Below are positions 8,389 to 18,024 of a stretch of 64,000 bases of DNA, piece after piece; within the stretch, counting starts at the first letter, position 1, and each line of letters begins with the position of its first letter. This DNA comes from Desulfosudaceae bacterium. Its GTDB lineage: Bacteria > Desulfobacterota > Desulfobacteria > Desulfobacterales > Desulfosudaceae. The stretch covers positions 448,001 to 512,000 of the forward strand of contig CAXXDV010000001.1 in the NCBI GenBank assembly GCA_963674745.2. Direction: 5' to 3'. The notes beneath the pieces are model-generated. The model worked only from the letters and a program-made list of their open reading frames with translations. It was not told where the DNA came from and ran no database searches. The position numbers and the translations under genes are program-made.

Positions 8389-10404
8389 TCAAATACCCAG
8401 CGCGGCCAGAAATCCGCCATGGATGGCGTGATTCATTTTTCCCGGTTTATCACCGTCACCGATGATGGCATAAGGAATGCCCAGTTTTTCGATTTTTTCG
8501 GAAACCCCCTTCACCGACCGGGACCCGGCCGCGTTGACAATATTGTCAAACTGACGTTGATGTTCCTGCCCCTCTTTTTTGAACGTGAGCAGGCCGTTTT
8601 TAATGGAAACGACCTCCGCCTCGGTGATGATGCTTACCCCGTATTTCTGAAGTTCGCTCATCAATACCCACTTGGTTGATTTACCCACGTCTTTTCCCGC
8701 TTTGGGCAGCATCTCAAATACCGTCACACGGGAGGTGCCCTTAAACATGAGTTCCCGCAGGCGATCGACATCCTCTGCCTCGTGGGCAAACAGGAAGTAG
8801 AGCACTTCCGGCGTAATGGTGCCTTTGGCCGCGACTTTCAGGGCGGTCTCAAGGCCCACTGCGCCTCCGCCGATAACGGCCACCTCGTCTCCCAGCAGGC
8901 AATCTTCTTTGAGGAGGTCCCAGGCGAATATCACGTCGGGATCGTCAATCCCATCAATCGGCGGCACCAACGGTTCCGCGCCTTCCGCCACAATCAGAAA
9001 ATCCGGTTGCGCTTCTTTTATCAGGCTGTCGTCGACCCGTTTTTTCAGATGCAGTTTAACATCATGTATTTTCAGCATGGACCGGTAATAATCAATCAGA
9101 CCGTACAGCTCTTTTTTGTGCGGCGGCGCGCCGGCAATCCAGACCTGCCCGCCGATGTCACCTTTTTGCTCATACAGGTCCACCTTGTGGCCGGCCTTGG
9201 CTGCCGTGACGGCCGCCTCGAGCCCGCCCAATCCCGCGCCAACCACCATGACATTTTTGGGTGTTTCGCATTTTTTAATTTTCCGGACGCCCTCGTATCC
9301 GGCCTGGGGGTTGGCCACACAGGTAACCGCCTGCCCGCTCATCACACTATCCATGCACCCTTGCAGGCAGGCGACACAGGGCCTGATCTCATCGGCCTTG
9401 TTTGATATGGCCTTGTTTGCCCAGTGGGGATCGGCGATCAGCCCGCGACCGATATTGACCATATCCGCATAACCTTCCCGGATAAGCTTTTCCGCCGCCG
9501 CCGGGGAGGTAATCCGGTTGGACGCCATGACCGGCACATTCACCTGTTTTTTAATATTATAGGCCAGAAAAGCAAAACCGGACTGTGGCAGACAGGCCGG
9601 CAACTGGGGCACATGGGTCTCGTGCCAGCCGCCGGTGACGCTGATGGCATCGATGCCCGCGGCTTCATAAACTTTGGCGAATTCTTTTGTCTCCACATCC
9701 GTATTACTACCGATCACGAAATCATTACCGGCCATACGGATGGTCAGCGGAAAATCCGGGCCCACACTTTTCCGGATGCGTTCGATGACTTCCCGGGGAA
9801 ACCGGACGCGGTTTTCAAAACTGCCGCCATAGTCGTCGGTTCGCTGATTTTTTAAAGGCGAAAGAAACTGGGTAATGAGGTACCCGCCGGAACCCAGGAT
9901 TTCAACACCGTCAAACCCCGCTTCCTGAACCCGGATCGCTGCTTTTACAAACGCATCCTGAACGGCCGCTATGTCTTCTGTGGTCATCTCACGCGGCATG
10001 GCTTTGGAATAGCGGGAAAATACGGCTGAAGGCGCGATCGGCGATTCACCATTCAACAACATGGGGTAAGAATAAGCCCCGGCGTGGAACAACTGTACCC
10101 AGGCCCGGGCGCCTTCGTCTTTAATAATAGCGGCCATTTTTTTAAAATCCGGAATGGCCTCGTCGGTATCGAGCATGGGAATGATGCCTCCGGAGCCGAT
10201 AAAATCGATGGCCACCGGCCCCAGGGTCACCAGGCCGGTGCCGCCGCGGGCTTTTTCCTGAAAGTAATCATAATAGCGGTCATTCAACTTTCCGTCATAG
10301 GAGTACAGCAGCCCCAGTGACGGATACGCCACCCGGTTTCTAATCTCCAGGTTGTTTATTTTTATGGGACTTAAAAGATTTTCATACATGGCGTCTTTCC
10401 TCAT
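8389..10404 (-). CDS. fadH: 2,4-dienoyl-CoA reductase (OYE-FMN + 4Fe-4S + FAD)
   Basis: GFDGVEILGSGGYL, NQRTDDYGGS, GWHE, CVACLQGC..C, GAGLGG and GGGAVG motifs. Confidence 0.85.
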   Translation of the reverse strand: MRKDAMYENLLSPIKINNLEIRNRVAYPSLGLLYSYDGKLNDRYYDYFQEKARGGTGLVTLGPVAIDFIGSGGIIPMLDTDEAIPDFKKMAAIIKDEGARAWVQLFHAGAYSYPMLLNGESPIAPSAVFSRYSKAMPREMTTEDIAAVQDAFVKAAIRVQEAGFDGVEILGSGGYLITQFLSPLKNQRTDDYGGSFENRVRFPREVIERIRKSVGPDFPLTIRMAGNDFVIGSNTDVETKEFAKVYEAAGIDAISVTGGWHETHVPQLPACLPQSGFAFLAYNIKKQVNVPVMASNRITSPAAAEKLIREGYADMVNIGRGLIADPHWANKAISNKADEIRPCVACLQGCMDSVMSGQAVTCVANPQAGYEGVRKIKKCETPKNVMVVGAGLGGLEAAVTAAKAGHKVDLYEQKGDIGGQVWIAGAPPHKKELYGLIDYYRSMLKIHDVKLHLKKRVDDSLIKEAQPDFLIVAEGAEPLVPPIDGIDDPDVIFAWDLLKEDCLLGDEVAVIGGGAVGLETALKVAAKGTITPEVLYFLFAHEAEDVDRLRELMFKGTSRVTVFEMLPKAGKDVGKSTKWVLMSELQKYGVSIITEAEVVSIKNGLLTFKKEGQEHQRQFDNIVNAAGSRSVKGVSEKIEKLGIPYAIIGDGDKPGKMNHAIHGGFLAALGI

Positions 10405-10418
10405 GCAAAACGTTTTAA

Positions 10419-11570
10419 TTAGAACCCTTCGAGCTTGGCGATCACATCACTCATGACCTCGCTGGCCCCGCCGCCGATGGACAACAGTCGCGCATCCCGG
10501 TAAACCCTGGAAATTCGCATTTCATTCATAAACCCCATCCCGCCATACATCTGCAGGCACCCGTCCGTCACCTTGCTCAACAGGTTTCCGCCAAAAAGTT
10601 TGCCCATGGAAATTTCTTTCGAAACATCCTGGCCGGCCATTTTCATTCGTACGATATGATAGGTCAACTGACGAAGGCATTCAATTTCACTCAGCCATTC
10701 CACCAGCCGGTGACGCAACACCTGCTTTTTGATCAGGGGTTTGCCGAATACGATCCGACCTTTAATATATTCTACGGTTTCATCAATCACATCCCTGGCG
10801 CTGATGTAGGTCAGCGGAAGCACGGCAAACCGTTCGTGCTGAAACTGCATCATCTGGTGAATAAAGCCCTCGCCTTCAATCCCGATCAGGTTTTCCGCGG
10901 GTATGCGCATATCATCAAAATAGAGCTCCGCCGTATCACTGCTGCGCATGCCCATTTTATCCAGTTTTTTACTGACATTAAAACCGGGCAGATCGGTGGG
11001 GACCACAAACAGGCTGAAGGAATGATACCCGGGCGCATCGCTGGTGCGTGCCAGCAGCGTCAGAAAATCGGCCTGGGTGCCGTTGGTAATATAGGTTTTG
11101 GAGCCGTTTAATATATAAGAATCCCCGTCTTTTTGGGCTACTGTTTTGATGGCCGCCACATCAGAACCGGCATCCGGTTCGGTGACCGCAATGGCGGAAA
11201 CCATTTCCCCTTTGATGGCCGGCTTCAAATACGTTTCTTTGAGATATTCACTGCCGAACTCGTCTATTGCAGGTGTGGCCATGCTCATCTGAACGGCAAT
11301 GGCCATGGGAACACCACCGCAATGGATATGGGCCAGTTCTTCCATAACAACGGTCTCATACCAGTAATCCAGCCCTTCGCCCCCGTATTTCTCATCATAT
11401 CGAATGCCCAGAAACCCGAGGTCCCCCATTTTTTTAAACAGGTCATGCAAAGGGGCAATCCCTTTTTCCTCCCATTCATCCACGTAGGGATTAACCTCCT
11501 TGTTGACAAAAGCCCTGACCGCCTGACGCACCATTTCATGGTCTTTGTTAAAGTACATTTCACTGCCCAT
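10419..11570 (-). CDS. atuD: Acyl-CoA dehydrogenase, AtuD (citronellyl-CoA dehydrogenase)-like
   Basis: IAVTEPDAGSD, GSKTYITNG, CLQMYGGMGF, SIGGGASEV; directly downstream of atuA. Confidence 0.7.
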   Translation of the reverse strand: MGSEMYFNKDHEMVRQAVRAFVNKEVNPYVDEWEEKGIAPLHDLFKKMGDLGFLGIRYDEKYGGEGLDYWYETVVMEELAHIHCGGVPMAIAVQMSMATPAIDEFGSEYLKETYLKPAIKGEMVSAIAVTEPDAGSDVAAIKTVAQKDGDSYILNGSKTYITNGTQADFLTLLARTSDAPGYHSFSLFVVPTDLPGFNVSKKLDKMGMRSSDTAELYFDDMRIPAENLIGIEGEGFIHQMMQFQHERFAVLPLTYISARDVIDETVEYIKGRIVFGKPLIKKQVLRHRLVEWLSEIECLRQLTYHIVRMKMAGQDVSKEISMGKLFGGNLLSKVTDGCLQMYGGMGFMNEMRISRVYRDARLLSIGGGASEVMSDVIAKLEGF

Positions 11571-11612
11571 GCGTTACCCCCTTTTTTTAAGTACAATTAT
11601 CCGGTTGCAGCA

Positions 11613-13376
11613 TCACAAGATGGATTCCGGCGCCTCGATTATCTTTGCCCGCAGGTATTCCCCAAGGGTCTTGGCCTGGGGATCGTTTCGGACAGATGCC
11701 GCCACCCCTTCTCCCAGAACGCCTTTGATATAAAAATTAACGGCCAACAGGTTGGGCAGGTCATAGCGTTCGATGTCAAACTGTTTCATGTCCGGAAGCA
11801 GTTCTTTTAATTTCTCCACGGTCAGAAATTGATTTAAAAACGAATACGCCTCGATATTTTTGGCCCACACGCCGAGGTTGGCGTTTCCCCCTTTGTCTCC
11901 GGACCGGGTGGCAAACAACCGCCCGAAATGGATTTTTTTCAGGTTTTCCAGGGGGACATCCACCAGCTTTGTCTCTTTTGGCGAGATATCACCCGCATCA
12001 GGATAAGACCCGGTCGGCTTGACCGCAAACTCCCTTCCGTCCAGATAAACTTTCTGTTCGAGCCATTTATTGCTCACCAGTGTCGGCCAGTGTTGAAGCG
12101 CCGGGGTAGCGTCAGCCGGCGGGCTGGTCATGGTAAACCCGGGAATACTGGACAGTGCCATTTCCACCAGCTTGGCCGAAAACAGCTTGCCCACTTTTTT
12201 CTGGTCCGGATCGATGAGCGAAATTTTCAAATGGGCACAGGCTTCATCAATGTGTGTCGGATCCTCCCGGTCAATCCGGATCAACTGAACAGCAGCAACG
12301 GCAAATTGGTCTTTTCCGCCCAGCAGGTCAAAAATGGTGTCTTCCACGATTTGCGCTTTTTTCTCAATGTCCAGGCCGGTCAGCACCACGGTCATGGAAT
12401 TTCTGTATCCAAAAAGGTTATTTATGCATACCTTGGCGGAATCCGTGGGGGGCTGTCCTTTAACACCTTCGATCAGCACCCGGTCTGAACCCTGCTGGAA
12501 AATATTAATAGTATCAAAACGCGCTTTTACATCCGGTGTCAGGTAGGCCGGTTCCCGAATTTCATACAGCAGCTGGGCCGTTACCGTGCCGACCGACACC
12601 AGGCCCCCGGTGTTGGGGTGCTTGGTAATGACAAAGGATCCATCCGCATGCACTTCCGCCATGGGATATCCCACGTTTTTAAAACTGGGGACTTCTTCAA
12701 TAAAAGAATAGTTACCGCCCGTGGCCTGGGCACCGCATTCAATAATATGCCCGGCCACATAGGCACCGGCCAGTCTGTCCCAGTCATCTTCCCGCCATCC
12801 GAACTTCCAGGCGGCCGGTCCGGATACCAGGGCCGCATCCGCCAGACGGCCGCCGATGACGATATCCGCGCCTTCATTCAGGGCCCGGGTGACGCCCCAC
12901 CCGCCCAGATAAGCATTGGCGGTAATCGGTATGGCGCCCGCGTCCTTGAGACTGATGCCTTTATCCAGGTGTGTGAATGTTTCGCCCTGGGCCTGCAGGT
13001 CCTCAATCCGGGGCAGCAAATCATCACCTTCAATATAGGCGATTTTAGGATGAAGGCCGAGCTCCCGGGCCGCCTTTTCCAGCTCCGCGGCCAGGCCTCT
13101 GGGATTCAAGCCGCCGGCATTGGCCACGATTTTGATGTTTTTATCCATGCACGGTCCCATCACGTCGTTCATCTGCTTGAGAAACGTGGTGGCATATCCT
13201 TTTTCCGGTGCTTTCATTTTCATTCGGAAAAGCAATGCCATGGTCAGTTCCGCAAGGTAATCGCCGGTGAGCACATGGATCTCGCCGCCTTCCACAAGTT
13301 CTTTGGCCGCTGACAACTTGTCGCCCAAATAACCGCTGCAGTTTGCAATAATGAGTTTCTCCTGAGGTGCCATCAT
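11613..13376 (-). CDS. atuA: Acyclic terpene utilization AtuA family (DUF1446)
   Basis: IANCSGYLGD, GDYLAELT, NAGGLNP, ANAYLG, GHIIECGAQATGGN, RSGDKGG, DPQAK; start after AAAGGAGA. Confidence 0.9.
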   Translation of the reverse strand: MMAPQEKLIIANCSGYLGDKLSAAKELVEGGEIHVLTGDYLAELTMALLFRMKMKAPEKGYATTFLKQMNDVMGPCMDKNIKIVANAGGLNPRGLAAELEKAARELGLHPKIAYIEGDDLLPRIEDLQAQGETFTHLDKGISLKDAGAIPITANAYLGGWGVTRALNEGADIVIGGRLADAALVSGPAAWKFGWREDDWDRLAGAYVAGHIIECGAQATGGNYSFIEEVPSFKNVGYPMAEVHADGSFVITKHPNTGGLVSVGTVTAQLLYEIREPAYLTPDVKARFDTINIFQQGSDRVLIEGVKGQPPTDSAKVCINNLFGYRNSMTVVLTGLDIEKKAQIVEDTIFDLLGGKDQFAVAAVQLIRIDREDPTHIDEACAHLKISLIDPDQKKVGKLFSAKLVEMALSSIPGFTMTSPPADATPALQHWPTLVSNKWLEQKVYLDGREFAVKPTGSYPDAGDISPKETKLVDVPLENLKKIHFGRLFATRSGDKGGNANLGVWAKNIEAYSFLNQFLTVEKLKELLPDMKQFDIERYDLPNLLAVNFYIKGVLGEGVAASVRNDPQAKTLGEYLRAKIIEAPESIL

Positions 13377-13403
13377 GTATTCTCCTTTGTGTGTCGGGCT
13401 CAT

Positions 13404-13420
13404 TGCTCTTTTCGTGCCGT
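13404..13420 (-). promoter_or_regulatory. Sigma-54 promoter candidate for atuA (proximal)
   Basis: Minus strand ACGGCACGAAAAGAGCA, GG-N10-GC. Confidence 0.55.
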
Positions 13421-13460
13421 AAAAAACCTTGTACGGTCAAAGATGTCTTTTAAAAAACTA

Positions 13461-13477
13461 TTCATTTTCCGTGCCAG
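13461..13477 (-). promoter_or_regulatory. Sigma-54 promoter candidate for atuA (distal, GA at -12)
   Basis: Minus strand CTGGCACGGAAAATGAA. Confidence 0.45.
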
Positions 13478-13540
13478 CGGATGCACCCAGCACAACAGCT
13501 TAAAATTAAAGATGTTTTTTTTAAAAAAACGATTGACATT

Positions 13541-13587
13541 GTTTCATTCTTTTGAAACTGTTGCAACAGCGTTGCGATAGTTGCAAC
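13541..13587. promoter_or_regulatory. Candidate enhancer (UAS) palindromes
   Basis: GTTTCA-N6-TGAAAC, TGTTGCAACA, GTTGCGAT, GTTGCAAC clustered between atuA and its divergent activator. Confidence 0.5.
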
Positions 13588-13635
13588 GCATTCAGCATCA
13601 CAACCCATGCACATTGTTTAACGGAGAAGATACAA

Positions 13636-15033
13636 ATGACATCCCGCCAGGACATCATGCACGCCCCAAGCTACCCGGAAATGAAACAGATGCTGGATTG
13701 CCTTAAAATCAGCTACTGGCTCGTGGACCTGGATTTTACCCTGCTCGACGTGAACGAGACCTTTCTGGAGTGGACGGGTGCCAGCCGGGAAAAGCTGGTC
13801 GGCCGCAATATGCTGACCCTGGTTTCACCCGAAGAAGCCGCCTATTTCCGGGAACAGGTCAAACAGATTCAGCACAAGGACAGTGCCGAATATGAATTTT
13901 ACGTTTACGGTCCGGAAAACAAGGAAAAAATCCCGGTCATGTTTTACATGATGGTCAATCGTAACAACAACGGGCAACCGGTTTCCTGCAATGTGGTCAT
14001 ATCCGATATCAGGGCTCAGAAAAGCCTTGAGGAAAAAGAGCGGGAACTCTTTCATGCCCGGCGAAAAATCCGCCAGGACGCCCTGCGCACCCACATGATC
14101 GGCACCGGCAGGGCCATGGAGACCGTGTTTTATGCCATCATGCGTTGCGCCGAAGTGGATTCGCCGGTTTTGGTCACCGGTGAGACCGGTGTCGGCAAAG
14201 AAGTGGCCGCCCGGGAGATTCATGCCCACAGTGAACGTCGCGACAAACCCTTTGTGGCGGTCAATTGCGGGGCATTGCCGGGAGAGTTGTTGGAAACGGA
14301 ATTGTTCGGGCATGTAAAAGGCGCGTTTACGGGAGCCACCACGGACCGGTTGGGACTGTTCCGTGAGGCGGCGGGCGGAACCCTTTTTCTCGATGAAATC
14401 GGTGACATGGAAAAACGGCTGCAGGTCAAACTGTTACGCGCCATTCAGGAAAACGAGGTCCGTCCGGTGGGGGATGACCGAAGCTATAAAGTGGACCTGC
14501 GGCTGATCTGCGCCACCAACCAGAATCTCCGCCAGCGTGCGGAGACCGGGGCCTTCCGGCTTGACCTGTTTTACCGGATTTCGGTCATACCGATTTATAT
14601 TCCGCCGCTGCGGGAACGAACCGAAGACATCATTAAACTGGCGGAATACTTTAACCGCAAGCACCCCAAACATATGCAATTTTCCGCCATCTCGTCGGAG
14701 GCGCGTCAACTGCTCTATCGCTATCACTGGCCGGGCAACATACGGGAACTACAAAACGCCATTGAACACGCACTGGTGATGAGCAAGGAAAGGATACTCC
14801 AACCCGAGGCCCTGCCCGAACAAATTCAGCGGCATGAAAGATCGTCTGATACCGGGAAGACCGTTCGAACAGGTGCAACGTTAAACCACAGACGCGACAA
14901 GCACGAATTCGACAAAAGAAAAATTATCAATGCCCTGAAAAAACATAATGGCAACCAGACAGCGGCGGCAAAGGATCTCGGGATTTCCCGGGTGACCCTA
15001 TGGCGCAAAAAAACCATGTACGGGATTGACTAA
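13636..15033 (+). CDS. PAS-domain sigma-54-dependent activator (Fis HTH)
   Basis: PAS-like N-terminus; [47 protein letters not shown]; start after GGAG. Confidence 0.92.
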   Translation: MTSRQDIMHAPSYPEMKQMLDCLKISYWLVDLDFTLLDVNETFLEWTGASREKLVGRNMLTLVSPEEAAYFREQVKQIQHKDSAEYEFYVYGPENKEKIPVMFYMMVNRNNNGQPVSCNVVISDIRAQKSLEEKERELFHARRKIRQDALRTHMIGTGRAMETVFYAIMRCAEVDSPVLVTGETGVGKEVAAREIHAHSERRDKPFVAVNCGALPGELLETELFGHVKGAFTGATTDRLGLFREAAGGTLFLDEIGDMEKRLQVKLLRAIQENEVRPVGDDRSYKVDLRLICATNQNLRQRAETGAFRLDLFYRISVIPIYIPPLRERTEDIIKLAEYFNRKHPKHMQFSAISSEARQLLYRYHWPGNIRELQNAIEHALVMSKERILQPEALPEQIQRHERSSDTGKTVRTGATLNHRRDKHEFDKRKIINALKKHNGNQTAAAKDLGISRVTLWRKKTMYGID

Positions 15034-15149
15034 AAAACGGGCTCGACCATAAGAAATCTGGATTTAAGGAATCTTTTCAGTTTTAATCTATACAGCGAAA
15101 GAATTCTAAAACCGTCAATAACCATAAAGAAGATAAGCGGGGTGCTGAT

Positions 15150-15977
15150 TTGAAAAAACTGGATAAAAAAGTGGCGGTCGTCACCGGCGCCGCCATGGGA
15201 ATGGGAAAATGCATCGCCGGCATGCTGCTTTCTGAAGGATGCGCGGTAGCCCTGCTGGATGTCAACGAAACATTGCTTTCAGAAACCCGGGAGGACCTGT
15301 CCGAACTGGGGACATGCCAGGCTTTCGTCTGTGATGTATCTGATCGTGGCGCGGTCTACGAGACAGCCTCAAAAATTCGAAACGAAATGGGCCGGGTTGC
15401 TGTTCTGGTAAACAATGCCGGTATTGTAAAAGCCGGTGATTTACAGCAACTGGAAGATGAAACCATCGAAAAAATTCTGAATGTCAATCTGACTGCCGTG
15501 TTCTGGACCTGCAAGGCCTTTCTGCCGGACATGATCGACCAGGGGCAGGGACATATCGTGAACATGGCTTCTGCCGGCGGGATACTGGCCATACCAGGCC
15601 TGACGGCTTATTGTGCCAGCAAATTCGGGGTCATCGGATTTTCAGACGCATTGCGCCAGGAAATGGCCAAACACCAGGCCCATATCGGGGTGACCTTTGT
15701 CTGTCCCAACACGGTCAACACCGGCATGTTTGACGGTTCTAAAATGGTTACCGGCACATCCCTGCTTTCGGCGGAAAACGTCGCCGCACAGGTGATTAAA
15801 GCCATCAAAAAGAACCGTGCCATGGTGGCGGTTCCCAATGTCCCCGTAAAATTTCTGACCCCACTGACAAAGCTCATCATGCCGATCAAACTTATGGACC
15901 TGATGAACCGGGCGCTGGGTATGTGGACAGCCAATGATACATGGACCGGCCGGACGGCTGAAAAGAAAGGGGTGTAA
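15150..15977 (+). CDS. Short-chain dehydrogenase/reductase
   Basis: TGAAMGMG, NNAG, YCASK. Confidence 0.92.
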   Translation: MKKLDKKVAVVTGAAMGMGKCIAGMLLSEGCAVALLDVNETLLSETREDLSELGTCQAFVCDVSDRGAVYETASKIRNEMGRVAVLVNNAGIVKAGDLQQLEDETIEKILNVNLTAVFWTCKAFLPDMIDQGQGHIVNMASAGGILAIPGLTAYCASKFGVIGFSDALRQEMAKHQAHIGVTFVCPNTVNTGMFDGSKMVTGTSLLSAENVAAQVIKAIKKNRAMVAVPNVPVKFLTPLTKLIMPIKLMDLMNRALGMWTANDTWTGRTAEKKGV

Positions 15978-15979
15978 AC

Positions 15980-16594
15980 ATGGCCTCAATAACAAAGGTG
16001 ATGGTCAGCCTGGCACTGAACGGTTTTTCGGGATGGAAGGCCCTGACCATCGAGCAGATACTGGGAAAACCGGCCGAGGAAGTCCGGCTGGAAGATATGC
16101 GGGGGCTCTCACGCCGTCAGGTTTTAGACTTGTTCCACGCGGCAGACGCCCCGGAATTCAAAAAAATCAAGGGCGAATATAAGGCGGAGATTCTGCCGGC
16201 AGGCCCTTTTGCAGCGGTGGCCGCTTTTTACACCCATAAACTTTTCGGCCCCGGCCACTGGGAAGGCAAAGCCTTTTTTCCCTTCAGCGATCGGTCGGGT
16301 TGGGGGTACAATATTTTTTCCGTTAACAGGAAGAGTCGGGAAACAATGGCCCGTACCTGCAAAATGAACACCTGCCATGGCCTGTCCAATATAGACAACA
16401 AATGCTCCCTGCATCTGGACTATGCCGCTCATAACGGTTTTTTGAACCACACCATGCATGACGAAATTCGACGTATAAACGACGAATTGTATATCGGTAT
16501 GGGCTACATGAGTGTCGGCGGAGGACCGGCCAATCCGGCGCCGTTTGTACTTTTCGACAGGCCCTCTAAATGGGTAGGGCCGGACAAAACCTGA
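15980..16594 (+). CDS. Hypothetical protein
   Basis: 204-aa ORF 2 bp after the SDR stop; motif-like WEGKAF..GYN..LDY..DEIR..YIG. Confidence 0.7.
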   Translation: MASITKVMVSLALNGFSGWKALTIEQILGKPAEEVRLEDMRGLSRRQVLDLFHAADAPEFKKIKGEYKAEILPAGPFAAVAAFYTHKLFGPGHWEGKAFFPFSDRSGWGYNIFSVNRKSRETMARTCKMNTCHGLSNIDNKCSLHLDYAAHNGFLNHTMHDEIRRINDELYIGMGYMSVGGGPANPAPFVLFDRPSKWVGPDKT

Positions 16595-16744
16595 GGGCGG
16601 CTGATATTTATCCAGACCGTGTTACAGCTTGACCGCTGACAGCAACATGTATTACTTTTAATAATAATCCAAACTCAGGGGAAAGCCATGAGATCATCCA
16701 CATTCTTCACTCATTCAGCCCAAACCTTAAAACAGGCGTTATAA

Positions 16745-17025
16745 ATGACCCGCAAAAAAAGGGACCCTGATCGCGAATATGAAGAAGCCGTCAAGGATTT
16801 CAAAAAAACCTTTGTGAAAACCCGGGACTTTTTGGATTTTTCGGTGGATTAATGACCGGCTTTTTAATTGGGTGGGTACGTTGGTTTTTCGAACTTAAAC
16901 ATACCGGAAATATGTTTGAGGCAGCCGCAAAAACCATACCGGTAAGCATGTTTTTAGGCGGATTCATCTGCTTTATCGCCGGTACGATATTACACTTTAT
17001 TTTTGAATGGTTTAGAGACAAATAG
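16745..17025 (+). CDS. Small membrane protein, split at an A7 run (or two coupled small ORFs)
   Basis: MTRKKRDPDREYEEAVKDFKK in one frame, then a two-TM segment in the -1 frame ending TAG 17025; TAATG overlap at 16850-16854. Confidence 0.45.
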
Positions 17026-17043
17026 AGGGAAAAGGCCTTATTC

Positions 17044-18006
17044 ATGAAAGATGACACTGCGGACACAGGTCTGCAGACAGCCCATGACATCTGCCAGAAG
17101 CTGACCGCCAATATCGAAATCGTCATGCGGGGCCAGAGCGCCGCCATACGGTTGCTGCTGGCCGGTTTCGGCAGTGGCGGGCACATCCTGCTGGAGGACT
17201 ATCCCGGAACCGGCAAGACCACCCTGGCCAAAACCCTGGCTTTAAGCATCAACACCGGTTTCCGTCGTATCCAGTTCACACCCGACCTGTTGCCGTCCGA
17301 CATCCTGGGGGTTTCGATTTTCAACCAGCAAAGCCAGACCTTCAACCTGCACAAAGGGCCGATTTTCACCAACATCCTGCTGGTGGATGAAATCAACCGG
17401 GCTTCACCCAGGACCCAGTCCGCGCTGCTGGAAGCGATGGCTGAAGGTCAGGTCAGTATTGATGGTGAAGTCCGCCGTCTGGAAGACCTTTTTTTTGTCA
17501 TTGCCACCCAGAACCCCGTGGAGTCCCGCGGAACCTACCCCCTGCCCGAGGCCCAGATGGACCGGTTTGCGCTGAAATTCGACCTGGGCTATGTCTCTGC
17601 CGGAGAGGAAGTCGCCATCCTGACGGACCAGAAAGAAAGCCATCCCATTGAGCAGGTATCATCTTGCGTAGACACCGGCGATATTAAGACCCTCAAACAG
17701 GCCATCAACCAGGTACGCATCAGCGAAGAACTGAAAAATTATATTGTTGCCATCGTACGCCGGACCCGGAACATTGAAGGAGTTGAACTGGGTGCCGGCC
17801 CGAGAGCATCGCTGACGCTCATGAAAACCGCCAAGGCGATTGCACTGTATGACGGTCTTGAATACGTGACGCCGGAACATATTCAGGAACTGGCCGTTCC
17901 GGCCATTGCCCACCGCATGGTGCTGTTTCCCCAGGCGACATTTTCCGGCCGGACAACGGCGGATGTCGTAAAAGAGGCCTTGGAAGCGGTGCCGGTTCCC
18001 TCATAA
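17044..18006 (+). CDS. moxR: MoxR family AAA+ ATPase
   Basis: LEDYPGTGKTT, RIQFTPDLLPSD, DEINRA, ATQNP, LPEAQMDRF. Confidence 0.95.
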   Translation: MKDDTADTGLQTAHDICQKLTANIEIVMRGQSAAIRLLLAGFGSGGHILLEDYPGTGKTTLAKTLALSINTGFRRIQFTPDLLPSDILGVSIFNQQSQTFNLHKGPIFTNILLVDEINRASPRTQSALLEAMAEGQVSIDGEVRRLEDLFFVIATQNPVESRGTYPLPEAQMDRFALKFDLGYVSAGEEVAILTDQKESHPIEQVSSCVDTGDIKTLKQAINQVRISEELKNYIVAIVRRTRNIEGVELGAGPRASLTLMKTAKAIALYDGLEYVTPEHIQELAVPAIAHRMVLFPQATFSGRTTADVVKEALEAVPVPS

Positions 18007-18024
18007 CATGCCATAAAAAAACTG

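Noticed and set aside
3439..8744. Integrative element or transposon
   Set aside because: No integrase, transposase, terminal inverted repeats or short att core seen; only the long direct repeat is supported
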